From positions 352,001-416,000 of the forward strand of contig CAVQEQ010000001.1 of NCBI GenBank assembly GCA_963711565.1: DNA of 64,000 bases, given 5' to 3'. This DNA comes from an uncultured delta proteobacterium (GTDB lineage: Bacteria; Desulfobacterota; Binatia; Binatales; Binataceae). Made by a program: the position numbers and the translations under genes. Under the pieces are notes generated by a model. That model did no database searches. It was not told the DNA's origin and worked only from the letters and a program-made list of their open reading frames with translations. Positions 55,847 through 64,000 of the stretch are shown one piece after another (the stretch's first letter is position 1; every line of letters begins with the position of its first letter).

Positions 55847-56628
55847 TGGACTCCCTCGAATCGCTGTTCTCTCTGCGCGGGCATCGCGGACTGGTAACCG
55901 GCGCGTCATCGGGGCTGGGCGTCGAATGCGCGAAGGCGCTGGCAATTGCGGGCGCAGATGTTGCGCTCGTCGCGCGGCGGATAGACCGTGCCACAAAATT
56001 TGCGGCCGAGTTGGCCCGCGCTCATGGCGTCAAGACGATCGGAATCGGCGCGGACGTGACCCGCGAGCCCGACCTCGATCGCGTGATGGCCGAGGCGACG
56101 GCCGCGATCGGCGACGTCGATATCCTGGTGAACAACGCCGGCGTGTCGCCGACCGGGCGCGCCGAGAATTTCAAGCGCGAGGCGTGGGACGAGGCAATCG
56201 CGGTGAATCTCACCGCGCCGATGATGCTCGCGCAGCGCGTCGCGCGCCGGCTCATCGAGACCGGGAAGCCGGGCCGCATCATCAACATGGTTTCGATCTA
56301 CGCGTCGGTGGCGAGTTCGGTGTACCGGCTGTCGGCATACGCGGCGACCAAGGCTGCCTTGGCGAATCTGACACGTCAGCTCGCGGTCGAATGGGCCGGC
56401 TACGGAATTTTGGTCAACGCAATCGCGCCGGGATGGATTCCCACCGAGGCGACCGAAGGCGGTATCGCGAAGCCCGCGAACAAAGAGCGGATGGAGGCCT
56501 TCACGCCGATGAAACGTCTCGGACTCGCGCACGAAATTCGCGGCGCCGTGATCTTCCTTGCCAGTCCGGCTTCAAGCTACGTTACGGGGTCGGTAATTTC
56601 GGTGGATGGCGGATACCAGGCGTGGTGA
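55846..56628 (+). CDS. SDR family oxidoreductase
   Basis: TGASSGLG, NNAG, YAATK, NAIAPG. Confidence 0.92.
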   Translation: MDSLESLFSLRGHRGLVTGASSGLGVECAKALAIAGADVALVARRIDRATKFAAELARAHGVKTIGIGADVTREPDLDRVMAEATAAIGDVDILVNNAGVSPTGRAENFKREAWDEAIAVNLTAPMMLAQRVARRLIETGKPGRIINMVSIYASVASSVYRLSAYAATKAALANLTRQLAVEWAGYGILVNAIAPGWIPTEATEGGIAKPANKERMEAFTPMKRLGLAHEIRGAVIFLASPASSYVTGSVISVDGGYQAW

Positions 56629-56650
56629 AAGCGACGCGAAGGAAGTGCGG

Positions 56651-58093
56651 ATGAGCGACACCGGGCTTAGATCGCAACTGTTCCGGCGCAAGCCGGCTGC
56701 CGCGCTGATGGCGGAGGCGGAGTCACGCTCAGGCGGCCTCAAGCGGGCTCTGGGAGCGCTCGATCTCACGCTGCTCGGAATCGGCGCGATCGTCGGTGCG
56801 GGAATTTTCGTGCTGACCGGCGTCGCCGCGGCAAGATACGCCGGGCCCGCGATCGTGCTCTCATTCGTCGTGTCTGGATTTGCGTGTGCGATGGCGGCGC
56901 TGTGCTATGCCGAGTTCGCCGCGATGATCCCGGTCGCCGGCAGCGCGTATTCATATTCGTACGCGACGATGGGCGAGTTGGTCGGCTGGATCATCGGATG
57001 GGACCTCGTGCTCGAATACGCGGTCGGAGCGGCCGCAGTCGCCGTGGGATGGTCCGGCTATTTGACGGTCATCCTGCACGGCATCGGGATTCACTTGCCG
57101 GTCGCGATAACCAACGCGCCGGGGTCGGTGCCCGGCGCGCTCATCAATCTGCCCGCGCTGCTGATTGTGATGCTGATCACCTACGTCCTGTACATCGGAA
57201 TTTCGGAGAGCGCGCGACTCAACTCGGTCATCGTAGGAATTAAGCTCGTCGTGATTGCCGCCGTGATCGTCATCGGCGCGTTCTTCATCCGGCCGGCGAA
57301 CTGGAGTCCGTTCGCGCCGATGGGGTGGTCGGGGGTGATGAAGGGCGCGGCGGTGATCTTCTTTGCGTACATCGGATTCGACGCGGTGTTGACGGCGGCG
57401 GAAGAAGTCGTCGATCCAAATCGCGACCTGCCGCTCGGCATCCTCGGCTCGCTATTCGTCTGCACCTTGCTCTACATCCTGGTCGCGGGCGTATTGACTG
57501 GGATGGTGCCTGCGCACCTGATCGACGTGAACGCACCGCTGGCGTCGGCGTTCGTGCTGCGCGGGATGCAAGCGTTGTCTGGATTTATCTCACTCGGCGC
57601 GGTCGCGGGGCTGACGTTTGTGCTGCTGGTGCTGATGCTCGGCCAGTCGCGCGTATTTTTCGCCGTCTCGCGCGACGGACTGCTGCCGCCTGCCTTCAGC
57701 CGGATACATCCGAAGTATCGCACACCATATATCCCCACGACGCTGACCGGCTTCGCCGTAGGAATCACAGCGGCGTTGTTGCCGATCCAGGAAATCGCGG
57801 AGCTGACGAATATCGGCACCTTGTTCGCCTTCGTGCTGGTTTGCCTCGGCGTGTGGATCTTGCGCCGCGTCGAGCCCGACATGAAGCGCCCGTTCCGCAC
57901 GCCGCTGGTGCCGCTGGTGCCGATTCTCGGCGTCGTGTTTTGCGTTTACCTGATGGCGAGTCTGCCGGTCGTAACGTGGATTCGTTTTTTCGTGTGGCTG
58001 GTGATCGGACTGGTCATCTATTTCAGTTACGGCCGCTTCCACAGCAAGGTGCAGCACGACGTGGTCGATCAAGCAGCCGCGTCTGGAAGATAG
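56651..58093 (+). CDS. APC-family amino acid permease
   Basis: GIGAIVGAGIF, CYAEFA..IPVAGSAY, FFAYIGFD, RDGLLP. Confidence 0.94.
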   Translation: MSDTGLRSQLFRRKPAAALMAEAESRSGGLKRALGALDLTLLGIGAIVGAGIFVLTGVAAARYAGPAIVLSFVVSGFACAMAALCYAEFAAMIPVAGSAYSYSYATMGELVGWIIGWDLVLEYAVGAAAVAVGWSGYLTVILHGIGIHLPVAITNAPGSVPGALINLPALLIVMLITYVLYIGISESARLNSVIVGIKLVVIAAVIVIGAFFIRPANWSPFAPMGWSGVMKGAAVIFFAYIGFDAVLTAAEEVVDPNRDLPLGILGSLFVCTLLYILVAGVLTGMVPAHLIDVNAPLASAFVLRGMQALSGFISLGAVAGLTFVLLVLMLGQSRVFFAVSRDGLLPPAFSRIHPKYRTPYIPTTLTGFAVGITAALLPIQEIAELTNIGTLFAFVLVCLGVWILRRVEPDMKRPFRTPLVPLVPILGVVFCVYLMASLPVVTWIRFFVWLVIGLVIYFSYGRFHSKVQHDVVDQAAASGR

Positions 58094-58178
58094 ATCCTAA
58101 CCTCTCCTTGTCCGAGGAGAGGTCGGCGTAAGCCGCGCAGCGGTGTCGCCGGGAGAGATGCAACGCCGGACAGCGCAT

Positions 58179-59120
58179 TCACCCGCTGAGTTCGACTCGT
58201 CGTTTGTAGAGCGGCGGCAGCAGCAATGTAAGTGCATCGCTTACTATCTCGACGGAGCCGGGAAGATGGCCCGCGTATTCGCCATCTACTTGCACGTAGA
58301 TGCGAGTATCAAGGACCGGAGAGAAGTGGAGCTTATGAGCGCGCAGGATATGCAACCCTTGCATGCCTTGCAGGCGGTTCATGACTACTCCGACGAAGTA
58401 CCGCAGGTAGCGCAGCGAACTGTGCCCCTGGAACAGCACCACCTCGAACTGGTCATCGAACAGCGAAGTATCGCGCGCGATCTTCAGATCGCCGCCATAG
58501 TTCCGCACCTTGCTGACGAGCGCGAACGAGCAGCGGTAGTCGTGGTCGTCAATTGTTACCGAGAACTCTTCCAGGCGGCGGCCCATGAGGCTGAACGCAG
58601 CTATCCAGTAGGCGATCTTTCCCAGATTGGTCTTCAGTCGCGCGCTGAGGTTGTAGATTATGCGGGCGTCGAGGCCTACACCCGTCATCAGAAGGAAATG
58701 CCGCGTGTCTGGCGCGCCGTTGTTGAAATGTAGGCGGCCCACCGAAATCCGTTCCGGTGTGTATCTGAGGAGATCGCGCGCTGCGGCTTCCAGGTTGGAA
58801 CTCATACCGGTTTCCGTGGCGAGCACGTTGGCTGTACCGGCGGGCAGAATTCCGAGAGGCACCGCAGAGTGCAGCATTCCTTCGGCGACTTCGTTGATAG
58901 TGCCGTCTCCACCCGCGGCCACGATCAAACCGACACCATTGGCGGTCCAGGCGTGCGCCAAGGCGACGGCGTCGCCCGGACCGGAAGTAGGGACCAGAGT
59001 GGTTTCGTAGCCTGCCTCTGTGAGAATACGCCTGGCGCGCTCGAGCCGGTCAGGGCCTCTGCGCTTCAGTTTCCCTGCAAGGGGATTGTAGATGATGACG
59101 CAGGTTTTCCTGGAGCTGAT
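58179..59120 (-). CDS. Diacylglycerol/lipid kinase family protein (YegS-like); start uncertain
   Basis: GGDGTINEV, PAGTANVLA, QVDGE. In-frame IIYNPLAG lies upstream of the tracked start; candidate ATC start at 59120. Confidence 0.88.
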   Translation of the reverse strand: MSSRKTCVIIYNPLAGKLKRRGPDRLERARRILTEAGYETTLVPTSGPGDAVALAHAWTANGVGLIVAAGGDGTINEVAEGMLHSAVPLGILPAGTANVLATETGMSSNLEAAARDLLRYTPERISVGRLHFNNGAPDTRHFLLMTGVGLDARIIYNLSARLKTNLGKIAYWIAAFSLMGRRLEEFSVTIDDHDYRCSFALVSKVRNYGGDLKIARDTSLFDDQFEVVLFQGHSSLRYLRYFVGVVMNRLQGMQGLHILRAHKLHFSPVLDTRIYVQVDGEYAGHLPGSVEIVSDALTLLLPPLYKRRVELSG

Positions 59121-59125
59121 GACTG

Positions 59126-59707
59126 CTACTGCCCGGCGCGGTCGGCCGCCCTCTGCGCGGCTGCGGCCGCTGCTGCCGCGGCGGCGTGGGTCTCAGCCGA
59201 TTTTTCCATCGTGGCCTGGCGCTGCTCGCCGCGCGCGAGATTCTTTCTCATTTGCGCGGCGCCCGCCGCGCCGAGGTTCTGCGTTTCCCACTTGGGCTTG
59301 GTGACAGAGACCCACTGGCCATTCTCAAGCGCATAGGTGAAGACGAGATACTTGAGGTTGCCGGTCGCGAGGCCCTTGGTCGTCCCCGGTTTCACGGGAT
59401 TGTACTCGACCCCGCCGAGCTTGCAGCTCACGACCAGGTGATTGTGCGGGCCGTAGGTGGGCAGGTACTCGAATTTCTGCAGGAGGTCTATGTACACCTG
59501 ACCCTTGGCTTTTTTTTCATCCTGCTCGTCAAAGTAGGGGCCTGACACATCGGAGAGTTTGTCCTGGAGCGACTGCTGTAGCGCCGGCGTGAGATCCTTT
59601 TGCGCGCGCGCGTGCTGCAAATCCATCGTCTGCGCGCGCGAGAAACACGGCGGAAAAAAGAACGCGGCCGCAAGGGCGACCGCGCTGAGTATCTTCAGAT
59701 TTTTCAT
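59126..59707 (-). CDS. Hypothetical secreted protein
   Basis: Signal peptide MKNLKILSAVALAAAFF...SRA-Q; poly-Ala tail. Confidence 0.75.
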   Translation of the reverse strand: MKNLKILSAVALAAAFFFPPCFSRAQTMDLQHARAQKDLTPALQQSLQDKLSDVSGPYFDEQDEKKAKGQVYIDLLQKFEYLPTYGPHNHLVVSCKLGGVEYNPVKPGTTKGLATGNLKYLVFTYALENGQWVSVTKPKWETQNLGAAGAAQMRKNLARGEQRQATMEKSAETHAAAAAAAAAAQRAADRAGQ

Positions 59708-59754
59708 GACGTCCCGGTCACCATCATAATAGACGATTGGCCGGACGCAAATAT

Positions 59755-60975
59755 TTACGGGCTCGCGCTGCTCTGGTTCAGCCCACGCCCGAAAGCGGAG
59801 ACCTGCGACTGCCACTGGTCGCCGAAGGCGAGGATTAGCACCTGCTGGTTGATGTGCGCGTCCTTGCTCAACGACTTCATCGAGCCGCCGCCCGCCGTCG
59901 CGAGCACTTTGTACGCGGCCTGAGTCTGCCGATAGAATGCCGGCAACGGCGAGATCTTCGGCGGCTCCTCGCGATGCACCTTGAGCCAGAATTCGCGCTC
60001 GAATCGCTCATGCTCTTCCGCCGCCACGTCCACCGTGTTGAACGTCCCGTTGTTGGTCCTGAACTGCCGGATCAGCGCCAGCAGCGGCGCGAAGTCTTCC
60101 GTGCGCGGCGGCGAGTCGCCCACCAGCACGACCACCTTCTTGGCGTATGGCTTCCAATCCATCTTGTTGATGCCGGTCTCGACCGCGCCGAGCGTGTCCT
60201 CTTCCCATTCGCCGCCACCCATCGCCTGGATGGTGTTCAGAAAGTCGCTCAGCTTTTGCGGTGACAGGGTCAACGGCTGGATTCTCATCGGCTCGCCCTT
60301 GCCGCCGAACACGATTATTCCGATGCGTGCGATTGGCACCAGTCGATGAATCGACTGGACAAGTTGCTGCATCTTGGCCTTTACGTCGTCGATGATGAGT
60401 CGCATCGAGCCGGTGCCGTCGATCACGAGCACCACGTCCAGTCCTTTGCGTCTCAGCTCGCCGATGAACCCGCCGAAGCCTGAGCCGATGCCGTGGCCGT
60501 AGCCTGAGCCCATGCCGCCGCCGCGACCGATGCCGATACCGCCGCCGCCGGCTGCGCGCACGTAGTCACTGGCGAGACCCACGGCTTGCGACGTGTCAAC
60601 CGCGGTCGGCTGCTCCATCTGTTGCGGCGCCGTGTCGGGCATCGGCACTTCCGGCATGTCGAGATCCTGCATCTCGTTGCCGCCACCGCCACCGCCGCCC
60701 GCCTCGAGGTTCACCATGATCAATTCGCGCCCACGCTGCTCATGCACCGTGATGATCAGGAACAGCAGGCCGAGTACGTGAAGCGCGACCGATAGAGGAA
60801 ACGGCCCGATCAGCAGACCGAGCGCATCTTTCATTTTCTGAAGGCGGGTCGCGTCTGCTTCGTCGTCTTCCCGGTTCGCTTCGGCTTCGAGCTCTCTCTT
60901 GCCGAGTATCCGATAGAAGATGAAAGCGACGACGAACGTCGAGAGGACAAGCAAGATAATGATTACTGCGATCAT
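59755..60975 (-). CDS. Membrane-anchored VWA-domain protein with a TonB/TolA-type helix
   Basis: Two TM helices (second: SVALHVLGLLFL); Gly/Pro linker; MIDAS DGTGSM, GGGEWEE, VVLVGDSPP. Confidence 0.85.
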   Translation of the reverse strand: MIAVIIILLVLSTFVVAFIFYRILGKRELEAEANREDDEADATRLQKMKDALGLLIGPFPLSVALHVLGLLFLIITVHEQRGRELIMVNLEAGGGGGGGNEMQDLDMPEVPMPDTAPQQMEQPTAVDTSQAVGLASDYVRAAGGGGIGIGRGGGMGSGYGHGIGSGFGGFIGELRRKGLDVVLVIDGTGSMRLIIDDVKAKMQQLVQSIHRLVPIARIGIIVFGGKGEPMRIQPLTLSPQKLSDFLNTIQAMGGGEWEEDTLGAVETGINKMDWKPYAKKVVVLVGDSPPRTEDFAPLLALIRQFRTNNGTFNTVDVAAEEHERFEREFWLKVHREEPPKISPLPAFYRQTQAAYKVLATAGGGSMKSLSKDAHINQQVLILAFGDQWQSQVSAFGRGLNQSSASP

Positions 60976-60984
60976 ATTAAAATC

Positions 60985-61446
60985 CTACGCTCCGCCCCCC
61001 GGCGCCGGAGCACCAGCACCGCCTGGGGGTAGCGAAGATACTGCTATAGCTATCGCCTCGGCACCCGCCGACTTGGCCACGTCCAGGATACGAACCATAT
61101 CACCTAGTATAACCTTTGGGTCGCCCTGGAAAATCACGATTTTGTCGGTCGAATTCTGAAGCGCGTCATGAAGCTGAGGCATCAGCTCCGGCTCGGTGAC
61201 CTGCTTGTCGTTCAGGTAGATGAGATGGTCGGCGGTATACGTTACGATAATTCCCTTGGGCTTGTCGGTTGGCGAGGACGCGGCTTCGGCCTTGGGCAAA
61301 TCGACGTGCGCCGCGGACTCGATCGTCACTGCCGTCGTCACCATGAAGATAATCAGCAGGACGAGAAAGATATCGGTCAACGGGGTGATGTTGATGTCGG
61401 AAAACACCCCGCCGCCCTTGTTTTTGCTCATTTTTCCTTTTGCCAT
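60985..61446 (-). CDS. ExbD/TolR family protein
   Basis: SDINITPLTDIFLVLLIIFMV, VDLP. Confidence 0.93.
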   Translation of the reverse strand: MAKGKMSKNKGGGVFSDINITPLTDIFLVLLIIFMVTTAVTIESAAHVDLPKAEAASSPTDKPKGIIVTYTADHLIYLNDKQVTEPELMPQLHDALQNSTDKIVIFQGDPKVILGDMVRILDVAKSAGAEAIAIAVSSLPPGGAGAPAPGGGA

Positions 61447-61458
61447 GCGCAAGTACCT

Positions 61459-61917
61459 CTACGGGCTCCCCCCACCCGAGGGGTTGTTTTCCATTTGCGC
61501 ACCAGTAACCCGCTTGGCCGCGATGGCAATTTGTTCGGCACCTGCCGCCTTGGCGATATTCAGTATCCGCACCATGTCGCCGAGCAGCACTTTACGATCG
61601 CCCTGGAACACAACGATCTTCTGATCGACCTTACCCAGCGCGTCGCTCAGGGCGGAACGGAGCTCACGCTCGGGCACGTCTTTGGAGTTGACGAACAGCT
61701 CGTGCTGCGCGGTGTAGGTGACGATCACGCCCTTGTTCTCGGGCGCGGTGTTGGTTGCGTTGGGCAGATCGACGTGCGCGGCGGACTCGATGGTGACGGA
61801 GGTCGTCACCATGAAGATGATCAGCAGAACCAGAAAAATATCTGTCAGCGGCGTGATATTGATGTCGGAGAAAACTCCGCCACCTTCACCGCCCTGATGT
61901 GGTCCGCTAATTGCCAC
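61459..61917 (-). CDS. ExbD/TolR family protein
   Basis: SDINITPLTDIFLVLLIIFMV, VDLP. Confidence 0.93.
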   Translation of the reverse strand: MAISGPHQGGEGGGVFSDINITPLTDIFLVLLIIFMVTTSVTIESAAHVDLPNATNTAPENKGVIVTYTAQHELFVNSKDVPERELRSALSDALGKVDQKIVVFQGDRKVLLGDMVRILNIAKAAGAEQIAIAAKRVTGAQMENNPSGGGSP

Positions 61918-62548
61918 GCGCTTGTCTCCCCTGGAGGGCAGCGTCGATCAGGCGGTCGTCGTTGATGTGCTGGATGGCGCTGATGTTCTCGACCTTGACG
62001 GAGAAATAGTTGAAGAAGATAACCGCGACGATCGCGACGGCCAGTCCAAGCGCGGTGGAAATCAACGCTTCCGAAATACCGGCCGCGACGACCGAGAATC
62101 CGCCGGTGCCCATGATTGCCATCGACTGGAACGCGACGAGAATACCGACGACCGTGCCGAACAGCCCGATAAACGGCGCCGACGCGCCCGCCGTCGCCAG
62201 CACCCAGATGTAGCGCTTGAACTCGAGCCCTTCCTGGTAGCGGCGCTCATCGTCGAGCTCGAGCAGATGATCGCGGTCCATCGTCTGCGCGCCCGAAATC
62301 AGCGTATGGAAAATACGCTCGGCCGCCGTCGCGCGAGCTTGAGTGGCCTGCAGCGCTTCGTTGAACTTGCCGGTCCGCAGATTCGGAATCAGCGAGTCAG
62401 CCAGCTTGGCCGTCCTGGGCCCAACGCCCCACAGTGCCCACACGCGCTCAAAAATGATCGCGAGACAAACGACCGAAATGAACAGCAGGGGATACGTTGC
62501 GTAGTAGCCCTGCTGGATCATCGACAAAATTCCAAAACTGCTTTGCAT
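61907..62548 (-). CDS. MotA/TolQ/ExbB proton channel protein
   Basis: APFIGLFGTVVGI, GISEALISTALGLAVAI. Confidence 0.94.
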   Translation of the reverse strand: MQSSFGILSMIQQGYYATYPLLFISVVCLAIIFERVWALWGVGPRTAKLADSLIPNLRTGKFNEALQATQARATAAERIFHTLISGAQTMDRDHLLELDDERRYQEGLEFKRYIWVLATAGASAPFIGLFGTVVGILVAFQSMAIMGTGGFSVVAAGISEALISTALGLAVAIVAVIFFNYFSVKVENISAIQHINDDRLIDAALQGRQARGN

Positions 62549-63091
62549 CTCTTATCCTCTCGAGATTGATATAGATTGAGCGGCGAAATTTTGGCCCCGC
62601 CCGAACCATTGCAATAACTGCCCCAAACTGCCTCAGCGGTTCTCCCCTGAACCGGTTGTCAGCCCAAAGTAAATAGACTGGGCTCCCACCAGCCGGTCAA
62701 AGTGTCCGTCATGGCGCGGAAAGTCTGAATGCAACAATGGCAAGTATTTGTCAAGAGTCGCCGCGCGGAAGCAAAATTTGCAGACTGCGTCGTCCACGAT
62801 TGCGAATGGGCAGCGGCGGCTTCCTGCGCCGCGCCACGTCGCGCAATCTTTGCACCCCGCTCGACTATCGAGTCGGTGCATCACTTAGTCTAGACCCTTG
62901 GTCATGCTGCCGACTACCTCAAAATCGGTCGCCGACGGCACTGCGGACACCTCCGATCGCCTTGACTTCTTGGCCCCTCACGTCTATCCAGAAGCTTGCC
63001 ACAGCATGCCGCAGGTTGACCGCGATGCGGTCTTTGTTTTTTTGGGCGATTGACGCTTTTGAGAAATCTTGACCCACTACTTATTAAGACG

Positions 63092-63661
63092 GTGAATCGG
63101 CTCGGTCTGTTCAAGTTGGCCGCGCTGTCCGCCGCCTGCATGCTCGTATCCGCAGCCTGCAAATCAGCGCCGGTCGCCGCTCCAGTTGCCCCGCCGGTGG
63201 TTACCGCGACGGGCCCGACCGACGAGCCCAGCAACGCGCTACCTTCGGACTTGTACAAGGCGATGCCCATATATCCGGGCGCCAAGATCGAGCACGTCCG
63301 AAAACCCAAAGGTGCGATGCGCGAAATCCTGTTCAGCTCCGACGCCCAGATGCAGCAGATGCTGGCCTACTACAAGGAGCAGCTGAAGCAGAATGACTTT
63401 CACATAACGTCGTCGCTGATCATGCCCGCGCGCAAGACTTGGTCGTGCGATTTCAACTACCAGGGGCAGCCGGGCAGCATCATGCTCTACCCGAGCGATC
63501 AGGATAAGGCGAAGATGACAATCGATCTCATTTACGAGTTACCTGCGCACCTGGACCCATCTCTGATAGAACCCAAAGAAGATTTCGACGTAGAAGGACC
63601 GGGCGAAATCGCCCAACAAGCACCGAATCCAAATCCAACCGAAAAAGCGAAGAGGAATTAG
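63092..63661 (+). CDS. Hypothetical lipoprotein
   Basis: Lipobox-like SAAC after a hydrophobic stretch; PIYPGAK...YYKEQL motif. Confidence 0.7.
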   Translation: MNRLGLFKLAALSAACMLVSAACKSAPVAAPVAPPVVTATGPTDEPSNALPSDLYKAMPIYPGAKIEHVRKPKGAMREILFSSDAQMQQMLAYYKEQLKQNDFHITSSLIMPARKTWSCDFNYQGQPGSIMLYPSDQDKAKMTIDLIYELPAHLDPSLIEPKEDFDVEGPGEIAQQAPNPNPTEKAKRN

Positions 63662-63665
63662 CGAA

Positions 63666-64000
63666 ATGGCACTACTGACAGGTAAAGTTGCGGTAATAAC
63701 TGGCGCCGGCCGCGGCATCGGGCGCGAAGAGGCGTTGCTGCTGGCCAAGCATGGCGCCAAGGTGGTCGTCAACGACCTCGGCGGTCACTTCGACGGGACC
63801 GGGCAGTCGCGCTCGCCGGCCGAGGATGTGGTCAAGGAAATCCGCTCCGCCGGTGGCGAGGCCGTCGCCAACTTCGAGAGCGTGACCGACTTCAAGGCCG
63901 CCAAGCGGATCATCGACTGCGCGATCGACAACTTCGGCAAGCTCAACATCGTCGTCAACAACGCCGGCATCCTGCGCGACCGCATGATCTTCAACATGAG
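63666..64000 (+). CDS. SDR family oxidoreductase (truncated by window end)
   Basis: MALLTGKVAVITGAGRGIGRE...VVVNDLGG...NNAGILRDRM. Confidence 0.9.
   Translation, partial: MALLTGKVAVITGAGRGIGREEALLLAKHGAKVVVNDLGGHFDGTGQSRSPAEDVVKEIRSAGGEAVANFESVTDFKAAKRIIDCAIDNFGKLNIVVNNAGILRDRMIFNM

Noticed and set aside
52810-60975. The VWA gene as partner of the CbbQ/NorQ ATPase
   Set aside because: Opposite strand, about 6 kb away, not NorD/CbbO-like, and its VWA domain is probably periplasmic.
62600-62630. Possible sigma54 promoter (GG-N10-GC) upstream of exbB on the minus strand
   Set aside because: Poor match to TGGCAC at -24; too weak to call.

Overview
High-GC bacterial chromosomal window, mostly housekeeping and metabolic genes. 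Gene order: pssA, leuA, leuB, usg/asd-like, truA, HU, rarA, type II pantothenate kinase, two class III CoA-transferases, lolC/E, selA, a galactose cluster, ribBX, dsbD, gyrB, gyrA, glcDEF, lrp-gltBD, cysS, a CbbQ/NorQ ATPase, ltaE, and an exbB-exbD-exbD-VWA cluster. The repertoire resembles Deltaproteobacteria-related soil lineages such as Binatota; this is inference only. No rRNA, tRNA, CRISPR array, integrase or transposase was recognised. Main observations: (1) an ExbB/ExbD/ExbD motor operon whose TonB-type partner helix carries a VWA domain instead of a TonB C-domain; (2) a Leu-rich leader peptide and attenuator before leuA, missed by the ORF track; (3) a ~2.5 kb atypical island bounded by a 42-bp imperfect direct repeat, carrying a HEPN-like gene; (4) a 256-bp fold-back element; (5) a small CxxC protein between gyrB and gyrA; (6) ~31-bp phased sites upstream of lrp-gltBD; (7) two genes with no canonical start codon and an ATC at the expected position; (8) systematic GTCGAC to GTCAAC/GTTGAC changes at conserved residues, suggesting a methylation-linked sequencing artefact. 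All protein calls come from motif recognition by eye; no searches were run.
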